Part shown: one piece after another, positions 47,804-56,319 of the stretch | Layout: each line of letters begins with the position of its first letter | Numbering within the stretch: the stretch's first letter is position 1 | From: an uncultured Acidobacteriota bacterium | Lineage (GTDB): Bacteria > Acidobacteriota > Vicinamibacteria > Vicinamibacterales > JAKQTR01 | Reading direction: 5' to 3' | Assembly: GCA_963813325.1 (NCBI GenBank) | Contig: CAWEYM010000001.1 | Location: 75,356-139,355, forward strand | DNA length: 64,000 nt | Made by a program: the position numbers and the translations under genes | Notes under the pieces: model-generated | Told to the model about the DNA's origin: nothing | Seen by the model: the letters and a program-made list of their open reading frames with translations, nothing else | Database searches by the model: none

Positions 47804-48244
47804 ATGGCTGACAAGGTCCCGCAGAACTTCGAGAACCACGGGCGGATCCTGCCCGCGTACCACCTCGTGGCGTTCCCGCTGTTCGCGCTCAACTTCCTCT
47901 GGGCGCTCTACAACATGGTCGTGGGCCCCTCGTGGGCCAGCCTGTTCGGGGTGCTGCTGGCGGTCGCGCTGGTCCTGCTGTTCGCCCTGTCGCGCATGAT
48001 GGTCGTGACGGTGCAGGATCGCGTGATCCGGCTGGAGATGCGGCTGCGGATGCGCGAGATCCTGCCCGCGGCTCTCAAGTCGCGTATCAACGAGTTCACC
48101 CCCAAGCAACTCGTCGCCCTCCGCTTCGCGGGAGACGCCGAACTGCCGGTGCTGGCGCAGAAGGTCCTCGACGAGAACCTGCACGATCAGAAGGCCATCA
48201 AGCGAATGGTCAAGGACTGGCAGGCCGACTATCTGCGGGCGTAG
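47804..48244 (+). CDS. Small membrane protein, uncharacterised (146 aa)
   Basis: ATG 47804 follows AGGAG. It has two hydrophobic helices (LVAFPLFALNFLWALY, LFGVLLAVALVLLFAL) and a soluble helical C-terminus. Confidence 0.7.
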   Translation: MADKVPQNFENHGRILPAYHLVAFPLFALNFLWALYNMVVGPSWASLFGVLLAVALVLLFALSRMMVVTVQDRVIRLEMRLRMREILPAALKSRINEFTPKQLVALRFAGDAELPVLAQKVLDENLHDQKAIKRMVKDWQADYLRA

Positions 48245-48353
48245 CGCGCGCGGCGCCGTGGCCGTGTAGAATTGGCCGACCGTCGTCGGGCACCCTGGCG
48301 GACATCCGCCCGGGATGCGCGACGCTTCCACCCGTCGATTACGGATCCCGCCC

Positions 48354-49571
48354 ATGCCCATGCCACTGGCCGACGCCCGCGCCCAATTCCCGGCGCTCCG
48401 CCACAAGACGTTTCTCGATGCGGCGTGCGCGAGTCTCGCGCCGCGCGTGGCGGCCGACGCCATCGCCGGCTTCCTGCGGCAGGTCCAGGACTGCCCCGCG
48501 CGATCCGCGACGGATTTCCACATCGCGCTCGACGAAGCGCGAAACGCCGCGCGTCCCGCCGCCGCCCGGCTCGTCGGCGCCTCCGTCGATGAGATTGCCC
48601 TGGTCGAGAACACGTCCCAGGCACTGACCGTCGCGGCGCGGGCTCTCCCGCTGGCGCCGGGCGACAACATTCTGGTCCCGGACCTCGAATACCTGCAGGT
48701 GCCGCTGCCGTGGCGGCAGCCTCCGGCGGGCCCGGGCCCGGAGATCCGGCTCGTGCGGCACCAGGACGGCACGCTGCCGGCCGCCCGGTTCGCGGAGTCG
48801 GCCGACAGCCGCACCCGCGCGGTCGTCATGAGCTCGGTGCAATGGAGCAACGGGTACCGTGCGGACCTCGACGCGATCGGGGCCTTCTGCCGCGACCGCG
48901 GCCTCGCGTTCATCGTCGATGCCGTTCAGCAACTGGGCGCGTGTCCGATCGACGTCACCCGCACCCCGATCGACGTCCTCGCCTGCGGCGGGCACAAGTG
49001 GCTCAACGCGCCGTTCGGCGCCGGGTTCCTCTATTTCCGGCGCGGGTTCATGGAGACGCTGGGTGCGCCCATCGCGGGGTACCTGGCGGTCGAACCGCCC
49101 GCGGGCGGCTGGGGCGCGTATTTCCAGACGCCGGCCATCACGCCGCTGCAGCCCGTGACCTTCACGCCCACGGCGCGCCGCTACGAAACCGGCGGCACGA
49201 GCAACTATCCCGGCGCGGTGGGCCTGGCCGCAAGCATCGGGCTCATTCACGAGGTGGGACAGGACGTGATCGCCGTGCACATCGCGGGGCTCACGGCACG
49301 GCTGATCGCAGGCCTCGACACGCTGGGCGTGACCGTCGTCACGCCGCGCGATCCGGCGCAGCGGGCCGGCATCGTGACGTTCGGACTGGGCAGCGTCGGA
49401 CGCGAGCAGCAGGCGCTCGACTACCTGCTCGACCGGCAGGTGATGGTGTCGATCCGCTACACGTCGTTGGTCGGTGGGATCCGGGTGTCCTGCCACTTCT
49501 TCAACAGCAGCGAGGACATCGACCGGTTGCTGGCGGTGCTGCGCGAGTGGCTTCGGGGGCCAGGCCGTTGA
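48354..49571 (+). CDS. Class V aminotransferase-fold PLP enzyme (cysteine desulfurase/selenocysteine lyase-like)
   Basis: N-terminus ARAQFPALRHKTFLDAACASL and PLP-lysine context ACGGHKWLNAPFGAGFLYF. Confidence 0.85.
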   Translation: MPMPLADARAQFPALRHKTFLDAACASLAPRVAADAIAGFLRQVQDCPARSATDFHIALDEARNAARPAAARLVGASVDEIALVENTSQALTVAARALPLAPGDNILVPDLEYLQVPLPWRQPPAGPGPEIRLVRHQDGTLPAARFAESADSRTRAVVMSSVQWSNGYRADLDAIGAFCRDRGLAFIVDAVQQLGACPIDVTRTPIDVLACGGHKWLNAPFGAGFLYFRRGFMETLGAPIAGYLAVEPPAGGWGAYFQTPAITPLQPVTFTPTARRYETGGTSNYPGAVGLAASIGLIHEVGQDVIAVHIAGLTARLIAGLDTLGVTVVTPRDPAQRAGIVTFGLGSVGREQQALDYLLDRQVMVSIRYTSLVGGIRVSCHFFNSSEDIDRLLAVLREWLRGPGR

Positions 49572-49924
49572 CGACCCGGCCCCCGATCGCCTGAGGGTGC
49601 CTCTCCCAGTTGGCGCCCCCGGTCTGCTGAACGGCGAGTGCGAGAGCCCGTGCACGAGCGCAGGGGACCTGGCGCCAATCGCCGTTCTCTTCTCGTTGGG
49701 CTAGCAAGTCTCGATCCGCGTGCAGCCTCGCTCGGAGGCCCCGCCTCGCCCGCCTCGAATCGCTGCCGACACGCGGGATCCGGCCGATCCGTGCGCATCG
49801 GCCGGCTGGACATGGCCTGCACACGTTGACGGGCAGGCGTCCGGTCGTGCAGGTTCTACACGGCGCCGGGTGAGTCTCTACAGAGGAGTTCGCTCGTGAC
49901 GCACATTGGCGGGGCGAAGCGGTC

Positions 49925-50392
49925 TCATCGCTTCCTGGCCAGATCGATCCGCAGGTCCTCCCACCCGCGGGCCCAGTGATCGGGAGCGATCGCGCGGGCT
50001 TCGTCTTCGGGATAAGCCAGGAAGTCGTAGCCTTGCGGCGTGTGGGTGCCGGGCGGCGATGCGAACGTCACGTCCTCGACGCGTGCCCATCCCTTCCCGC
50101 CCGCCAGCTGCACGTACATCTGCACGCCCGGGCGGATGGCCGCCGCGTCGGTCGCGAGGCAGCCCAGGTCGTCATAGAACCGCGGCGGCGCGTCAGGGTA
50201 GACAGCCTCCGCCGCGGCATCGAGGGAGTGGATGACGTTCCGGCACTTCGCGCAGGTATCTCGCCCAAGCGTGATCGGCACCGGCGACGGTCCCTGCTGG
50301 GAGCACGCGCCGGAGGCCAGCCAGGCGGTCGCCACGCCCGCCAGGATCCAGCCGGGCGCCGCGCGCCCGCCCGTCCGATGCCGCATCGACAT
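49925..50392 (-). CDS. NosL-family-like lipoprotein
   Basis: Lipobox WLASGAC. CAKCRNVIHSLDAAAEAVY...RFYDDLGCL resembles the NosL C-x2-C...FDDxGC pattern, but the usual Met after the second Cys is Arg-Asn. GGAG lies before ATG 50392. Confidence 0.65.
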   Translation of the reverse strand: MSMRHRTGGRAAPGWILAGVATAWLASGACSQQGPSPVPITLGRDTCAKCRNVIHSLDAAAEAVYPDAPPRFYDDLGCLATDAAAIRPGVQMYVQLAGGKGWARVEDVTFASPPGTHTPQGYDFLAYPEDEARAIAPDHWARGWEDLRIDLARKR

Positions 50393-50406
50393 GCCGGGGC
50401 TCCGTC

Positions 50407-51864
50407 CTACTGGCCCGTGGTCATCCCGGCCCGGAACCGCGTCCACGGCTCGGTCTTCATGTCGCGGAGCAGGCCCTTCATCCACCCGAACTCGGGATGC
50501 GCCGTCAGGAAGGCCTCCGCCTTGAAGTCGGGCGCACAGGGATGGCCCATGGCGGCCCACATTTCGAGCTTCTCGGCCATGGCGGCGTCCATCACTTTGG
50601 CCTGGACGGTGCCGCCCGGGAAGAACGGCGCCCAGTCCCACTCCTTGATGCCGCGCGGCGACGTGTCGTTCAACCCGCACAGGCTGCGCTCGGTGGGCCC
50701 GTCGCGCCGCTCGATGACGTCGTACTTGTCCGACTCCAGCTGTTTCCCGATCTCGGCGTCGATGGCGCCCTTGTGCTTGGCCATCAGCTGTTCCCAGCGC
50801 GCCTTCCTGGCGTTGGGCGAGCTCGCCGGGTTCTTGACGTCGAAGGTGGTCTCCTCCTTGATCAGCTTCGGGTTCGACGGGAAGTTGGCCCCGACGAAGT
50901 ACCCGTTCTTCGTGCGATCCACCGACCAGTTCTTCAGGCCCAGCTCGAAGCGGGCGATCTCGCCCGTCTTGTTGTCGCCGATCAGCCAGTCGTTGGCGTA
51001 GCCGCCGTTGTTGCGCTCCACCATGATGCGCACGTAGTCGTCGATCGACTCGGCGTACTGCATCGCGCGCCGCGCCCGGTAGAACTCCGGGGTGCCGGAC
51101 GGGTCGAACCCTTCGAACTGCGTGATCGTCGTCTCCGTGATCACGAGGCCGGCATCGTTCACGCCGAAATCGTCATCGCTCGTGATGACGCCCGGCAGGC
51201 CGTCCATCAGGATCCGATGGCCATGCGCCGGCGTGATGTCGAACATGATGTTCCACCGCGCCCCGACGATGTAGTCGGTCCAGGCGTTGTGGCCGATCAC
51301 GATGCGGCGGTCCTTCGTCCAGTCGCCGGTCGCGATGAAAGCGCTGCAGTTGCCCGGACTGTGGACCGCAGGCGTCTTGCCCTTCTGCCTGTCGAGCCAC
51401 GGCACGTAGTAGTCAGGCAGCTCTTCCATCGCGTTGAGCGCGACGATGTCCCATCGGTCCGCGCTGACGCCCTTGTCGGCGAGGCCGGCCACGATGCCGT
51501 CGAGCTCCTCGCGGTACTCGGCGTCGATGCCGGGCCACATGATCTTCTCGGCCGCCTCGCGATAGAACGCCCACGGCTTGCCGGTCGTCTTCTCGAGCAA
51601 CGGCTTCGACACCCGCAGGAGATCCTCGATCTCGGCCGCGAGCAGGTAGCCGTTCTGATAGCCGAGGTGATCCGGGGCACCAGCGAGGCGCACGAAGATC
51701 CAGCCGTTCTGTTCGAACCGGTGGCTGCCCTTCAGCCGGTCGGACTGGACCAGCGGCGTAGCATCGGCGCGGGCAGCGGCGGGGGGCGGCGGCGGCGCAG
51801 CCGGCTGGCAGCCCAGGGTGGCACCGGCAAGGAGTGCGAGCAACGGGTACGCGGAGCGTGTCAT
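50407..51864 (-). CDS. Ntn-hydrolase lipoprotein, phospholipase B-like / peptidase C45-like
   Basis: Lipobox LLAGATLGC and probable nucleophile Cys context HSPGNCSAFIATG. AAGGAGG lies before ATG 51864. The family call is from memory of PLBD/C45 motifs. Confidence 0.75.
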   Translation of the reverse strand: MTRSAYPLLALLAGATLGCQPAAPPPPPAAARADATPLVQSDRLKGSHRFEQNGWIFVRLAGAPDHLGYQNGYLLAAEIEDLLRVSKPLLEKTTGKPWAFYREAAEKIMWPGIDAEYREELDGIVAGLADKGVSADRWDIVALNAMEELPDYYVPWLDRQKGKTPAVHSPGNCSAFIATGDWTKDRRIVIGHNAWTDYIVGARWNIMFDITPAHGHRILMDGLPGVITSDDDFGVNDAGLVITETTITQFEGFDPSGTPEFYRARRAMQYAESIDDYVRIMVERNNGGYANDWLIGDNKTGEIARFELGLKNWSVDRTKNGYFVGANFPSNPKLIKEETTFDVKNPASSPNARKARWEQLMAKHKGAIDAEIGKQLESDKYDVIERRDGPTERSLCGLNDTSPRGIKEWDWAPFFPGGTVQAKVMDAAMAEKLEMWAAMGHPCAPDFKAEAFLTAHPEFGWMKGLLRDMKTEPWTRFRAGMTTGQ

Positions 51865-52028
51865 GATGGCGGGCCTCCTTCGGCCGCACGGCTCACGCGA
51901 GTCGCCCGGCCCTCGTACCTTAGTGCAGGTTCGCACGGGGTTTCAACGGCCTTGCACGGCGGGGATGGGGCACGACGCGGGGCGCCGGTCCGGGGGCCCC
52001 GGCATCACCCTCGCCACCGGCACTCCGA

Positions 52029-52051
52029 CACAGGGCCTCGCCCGGCCGCGC
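52029..52051. repeat. 23-nt direct repeat, copy 1 (downstream of the GT39-like gene)
   Basis: CACAGGGCCTCGCCCGGCCGCGC matches 53319..53341 at 22 of 23 positions, in the same orientation. Confidence 0.6.
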
Positions 52052-52085
52052 AATCCGCGGCCTCGCCTGGCGCCTCCCCACCCGC

Positions 52086-53390
52086 TCAGAACCGAATCAC
52101 GCGGGCGACTTCGGCCAGGCTCAGAATCTCGTCGAGCCGGGGGAGCAACAGGTACATCGCGCCGGTCACGGTCCCCACAAGGATCGCCCAGACCGAGGCG
52201 ACCACGAGCACAGGCCGGTCGCCCCGGGCGATCAGCAACGCCAGGAGCACGTAGACGGCGGTCACGGCCGGCGCGAGATGCCGCATCTGGAACCCGTAGC
52301 CGTCGACGCCCATCAGCGTGATGGCCCCCGCGAGCACCACGAACCAGGCGGCGGAGACCTGCACACCGCGGTCGCGCCACGCCGCCCCATCCCGCAGCAG
52401 CGTCCAGGCGGCGACACCCACGAGCGGCATCACGAGCGGCAGCTTCACCGCGTAGTAGTACCACGGTCGGCTGACGAGCGCCTTCACGAAGGGATAGTGC
52501 TCGATCAGCCAGGCGTCCGGCTTCACCCAGGGCGGCACGAACACCCCGCACCGCAGATAGAACAGCACGCACCACGGCACCACCAGCAGACCGACCGGGA
52601 GCGCAATCGCGCCCATCGATCCCACGCGCGCGCGCCAGTCCCCGTCACGACGAACGACGATGGCCACTATGTAGATGGGGAGGACCAGCAGGGCGGACAG
52701 CTTGGCGAGCGCTGCGAGGCCCAACAGGGTGCCGGATGCCGCCAGGCTGACCCGTCGTCGACCATCGGCGATCAGAAACGCGGCCATCGACAGGGCCACG
52801 AGCCCGGCGAGCAGGCTATCGATCCACAGCTTGCGGGAGACGAAGACCAGCAGGGGGTCTGCACACACCCCGACCACCGGCAGCAGGTACGCGGCCGCGG
52901 CCAGGTTCGTCGGCGCGGCCGGCCGTCCCCGGAGCGCGTGACGCGCCACCAAGGCGACCGCCAGGACGGCGAACAGGTGCCCGAACCACGGGACGACCAC
53001 GGCGGCGTGCCGTGCCCCGAGCAGCACGAACGGCACGAGCAGGGCTGGGAACAGGGGCGGATGATGAAAGAGAGGGTGGTCGTAGATGCCCGGAGACAGG
53101 TCGGTGAGGAGCGCCGTCCCCTGCAAGCTGTACGGCCGGCCCTGTGCGAGGTTCTCGGCGAGCTGCCAGTAGATCTTCTCGTCCGTTTCGTCGCCCGGGT
53201 AGTACAGCGTCGGCGCCTTCAGCAACGCGCATACCGCAAGTGCCAGGCCCACCAGGAGGACGTAGCTCCCGGTCGATCCCAGGTCCCTGCGACCGCCCGC
53301 CCGGGCATTCGTGCCCCTCACAGGGCCTCGCCCGACCGCGCGAGCGGCGGCTTGCCCGGCGGCTTCCGGGCCGGCGAGGCGTCGGGGCAT
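52086..53390 (-). CDS. GT-C fold membrane glycosyltransferase (GT39/PMT_2/ArnT-like)
   Basis: Has about 11 TM helices. The first loop carries the acidic motif YYPGDETDEKIYW. The start is uncertain (ATG 53390 chosen; 53420 and 53501 are alternatives). Confidence 0.75.
   Translation of the reverse strand: MPRRLAGPEAAGQAAARAVGRGPVRGTNARAGGRRDLGSTGSYVLLVGLALAVCALLKAPTLYYPGDETDEKIYWQLAENLAQGRPYSLQGTALLTDLSPGIYDHPLFHHPPLFPALLVPFVLLGARHAAVVVPWFGHLFAVLAVALVARHALRGRPAAPTNLAAAAYLLPVVGVCADPLLVFVSRKLWIDSLLAGLVALSMAAFLIADGRRRVSLAASGTLLGLAALAKLSALLVLPIYIVAIVVRRDGDWRARVGSMGAIALPVGLLVVPWCVLFYLRCGVFVPPWVKPDAWLIEHYPFVKALVSRPWYYYAVKLPLVMPLVGVAAWTLLRDGAAWRDRGVQVSAAWFVVLAGAITLMGVDGYGFQMRHLAPAVTAVYVLLALLIARGDRPVLVVASVWAILVGTVTGAMYLLLPRLDEILSLAEVARVIRF
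53319..53341. repeat. 23-nt direct repeat, copy 2 (inside the 5' end of the GT39-like ORF)
   Basis: CACAGGGCCTCGCCCGACCGCGC. The flanks show weaker additional similarity for ~20 nt. Confidence 0.6.
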
Positions 53391-53585
53391 TCCCGTCTCT
53401 CCGTCAACATCAGCCTCCATGTTACCAACAGCGGGTGCTTCCAGGGCCTTCCCTCCCCGCTGTTCACAAGGCACGCCGAGGGGACGCGACCCGGTCCCCA
53501 TCCGGCGGCGACCTGCGAATTCGTGCGCCCGTTCCAGGCCTGTCGGTGCTCACGGGACGCAGGGTGCGGGGCGGCGGTCCGTACC

Positions 53586-54776
53586 TCACCGCGGGATCGG
53601 CTTGTCCAAAGTGTCCCAGTTGTAGGCCGCCGCTACCCGCGCCTTCAGCTCCTCGATCAGTGTGCCCCCGCGATCGCTGTTCGTCATGATCGCCACGCCG
53701 TAGCCCTTGAGGACGTGCGCCGTGACATCGCCGCGGAAGCCCCAGTTGGCGCCGCCGTGGCCGAAGTACCAGCCCTCGCCATTCCTGGAGATCGACAGCC
53801 CGACCGCGTAGGGTCCGACGCCGACCGGCGCGATCATCTGCCGCACCGTGTCGCGCGACAGGACCTTCGCCGACCGGCCCTGCAGGGACAGCTGGATCTC
53901 GACGGCGAACTTCGCGAGATCGGTCGGCGTCGTCCACAATCCGGCGGCGGCCAGCTCGGGGTACACGTGCCACTTGCCGTCTGGCATCGGCATGCCGGAC
54001 CCGCCGTGCGCGCGCGCCGCATTCCTGTCGCGCTCCGGCGTGAGCGGCTGGTCGTAGCCGCTTCGCGTCATGCCGAGGGGGCGCAGCACCAGGTCCTGCA
54101 GCAACTCCGGGTACGGCCGGCCGTACACGTCCGTCATGGCGAGCTGCATGATCGTGACCGCACCACCCGAGTACTTGTAGCCTGTGAACGGCGGCCGCGC
54201 GAAGAGGACCGGTCCCACGTTCGACGGCTTCTCGCCGTTCAGGATCTGCACCACCGTCGGCATCGACGAGCCAGGCGCGTACCCTGGGAACCCGAACCCG
54301 TCGTCGGCGCCGGAGGTGTGGCTGAGGAGCGATCGCGGGGTCACCGGCTGCCGCGCCGTCACCTGGCTCGCCGGCACCTTCCAGGACTTCAGGATCGTGT
54401 TGACGTCGGCGTCGATCGACAGCTGCCCGTCCTGCATCGCGCGCAGGACGCCCATGGCCGCGACCGGCTTGCTGATCGAGGCCGCCTGGAAGATCGTGTC
54501 CGTATCCACCGGGGCGCTCGTGGCGACATCGGCGATGCCAAACGCCTTCGCCCAGTGGATCTTGAAGTCCCTGACGACCGCGATGCTCACGCCCGGGACG
54601 CCGAGCCGGGCCATCAACTCGCCCAGCGTGAGCCGGTCGTAGCCCGAGCGGTCGGGCGTCTGCGCCGCCTCGATGCGCGCGATGAGCGGCGCCGGGTCGT
54701 CCTGCTGGGAGGACGGCATCGCGCCGGTGAACAGGCCGAGGGAGAGGAGGATCGCCAGTGTTCCTGGTCGACGCAT
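53586..54776 (-). CDS. Serine hydrolase, beta-lactamase/transpeptidase-like (class C family), secreted
   Basis: Has a signal peptide and the S-x-x-K motif in QAASISKPVAAMG, followed by a YSGG motif. Confidence 0.9.
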   Translation of the reverse strand: MRRPGTLAILLSLGLFTGAMPSSQQDDPAPLIARIEAAQTPDRSGYDRLTLGELMARLGVPGVSIAVVRDFKIHWAKAFGIADVATSAPVDTDTIFQAASISKPVAAMGVLRAMQDGQLSIDADVNTILKSWKVPASQVTARQPVTPRSLLSHTSGADDGFGFPGYAPGSSMPTVVQILNGEKPSNVGPVLFARPPFTGYKYSGGAVTIMQLAMTDVYGRPYPELLQDLVLRPLGMTRSGYDQPLTPERDRNAARAHGGSGMPMPDGKWHVYPELAAAGLWTTPTDLAKFAVEIQLSLQGRSAKVLSRDTVRQMIAPVGVGPYAVGLSISRNGEGWYFGHGGANWGFRGDVTAHVLKGYGVAIMTNSDRGGTLIEELKARVAAAYNWDTLDKPIPR

Positions 54777-54804
54777 GGGTTACCTCTGGCGGACAGTTTT
54801 CGGC

Positions 54805-56154
54805 TCAACAGGCGGCGGCAATTCTCAACATCGCCGCCAGGCTGCGATCCACGTCGTCGTCGGTGGTGGCCCAGGAACTCACACTGATGCGCATGGCCGT
54901 GTGGCCCTGCCATTCGGTCACGCCGCACCAACAGGTGCCATCCTCCTGCAGCGCCTGGATCACCCGGCGCGTGGTGGCAGCGTCGCCAAACCGCGCCAGC
55001 ACCTGGTTGAGCACCACCTCGTTGAGCACCGTGTAGCCCGCAGCCTGCAGCCCCTGGGCGAAGCGGCGCGCATGGGCGCAGCAGCGCGTGACCATCCCGG
55101 CCACGCCGCTGCGGCCCAGACTGCTCAGGGCAGCCCACACGTCCACGCCCCGGGCGCGGCGCGACAACTCGGGTGTGAAGTCCGAGGGGGAGCGCACCGA
55201 CGCCTGCGTGGGCAGATAGGCCGCGCTCACCGACATGGCGGCTCGCAGGGCATCGGCATCGCGCACAAAGGCCAGGCCGCTGTCGTAGGGCACGTTGAGC
55301 CACTTGTGGGCGTCGGTGGCCCAGGAGTCCGCCAGTTCCACGCCCGCGCAGAGGTGGCGCAGCGTGGGGGTGGCGCGAGCCCACAGGCCGAACGCACCGT
55401 CCACGTGCACCCAGGCGCCCCCGGCCCTGGCGTACTCGCATAGCGCGGTGAGTGGATCGAAAGCGCCGGTGTTGACGTTGCCCGCCTGCAGGCAAAGGAC
55501 GGTCGGGCCAGTGATAGTCGGCAATCTGTCGGGGCGGATGCGCCCCTGGCTGTCGCTCGCAAGCCGGACGACCCGGTTACGTCCCAGGCCCAGCACGCCC
55601 AGCGCCTTGAACAGCGTGGGGTGGGCCTCGGCACCGACGATCACGGTAATGGGAGGTGCGCCGAACAGGCCGTCGGCCTCGACGTCCCAACCCGCCGTTG
55701 CGAGCACCGCGTGGCGCGCCGCCGCCAGTGCGCACAGGTTGGCTTGCGTGGCGCCGGTCACGAAGGCCCCGCCGGCGTCGCGCGGCAGGTCCAGGACGTC
55801 CAGCAGCCAGCGCAGGGCGGTGGCCTCAAAGGCTGCCACCCCCGGCGAAGGGCCGTACAGTGCCGCGTTCTGGTCCCATGCGGTGGCCAGCCAGTTGGCT
55901 GCCACCGTGACCGGCAGCGCGCCACCGATCACGAACCCGAAAAAGCGCCCGCCGGCCATGGCCATGGTGGCCGGTGAGCCGACTTCGTCCAGACGGCGCA
56001 GGACGTCCTGCGGTGCCTGGGGATTTTCGGGCACGGGTTCGTTCAGCGACGTCAATCGGGCCAGTGCACCGGGCAGCGGCGCAACCTGCCGCTGGGGCAG
56101 GGAGTCCAGATAGGTCGACGCTCGCCGGGCGGCATCTTCGAGCAAGGGGTTCAT
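54805..56154 (-). CDS. PLP-dependent group II decarboxylase-like enzyme
   Basis: PLP-lysine motif WATDAHKWLNVPYDSGLAFV. The start was moved to ATG 56154, 7 nt after GGAAGG. Confidence 0.85.
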   Translation of the reverse strand: MNPLLEDAARRASTYLDSLPQRQVAPLPGALARLTSLNEPVPENPQAPQDVLRRLDEVGSPATMAMAGGRFFGFVIGGALPVTVAANWLATAWDQNAALYGPSPGVAAFEATALRWLLDVLDLPRDAGGAFVTGATQANLCALAAARHAVLATAGWDVEADGLFGAPPITVIVGAEAHPTLFKALGVLGLGRNRVVRLASDSQGRIRPDRLPTITGPTVLCLQAGNVNTGAFDPLTALCEYARAGGAWVHVDGAFGLWARATPTLRHLCAGVELADSWATDAHKWLNVPYDSGLAFVRDADALRAAMSVSAAYLPTQASVRSPSDFTPELSRRARGVDVWAALSSLGRSGVAGMVTRCCAHARRFAQGLQAAGYTVLNEVVLNQVLARFGDAATTRRVIQALQEDGTCWCGVTEWQGHTAMRISVSSWATTDDDVDRSLAAMLRIAAAC

Positions 56155-56319
56155 GGCGGACCTTCCGTCAGACGTTTCCATTGACTGCAGGCGGGATTAG
56201 CGGCCTGCCGGCCGTGCGGCTCCGGCAGAGCAACCACACGTCGCCTTCTCAGACGCCGCGCGAAGGCGCGTGGGCCCTGGCCTCACCCCGGCAACCGGCG
56301 ATCTGGCACAGCCATGAGC

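Noticed and set aside
49896-49979. 27-codon ORF (GTG) with AGAGGAG upstream, overlapping the 3' end of the NosL-like gene on the opposite strand.
   Set aside because: It is very short and Arg/Ser-rich, with no independent support. It is probably fortuitous.
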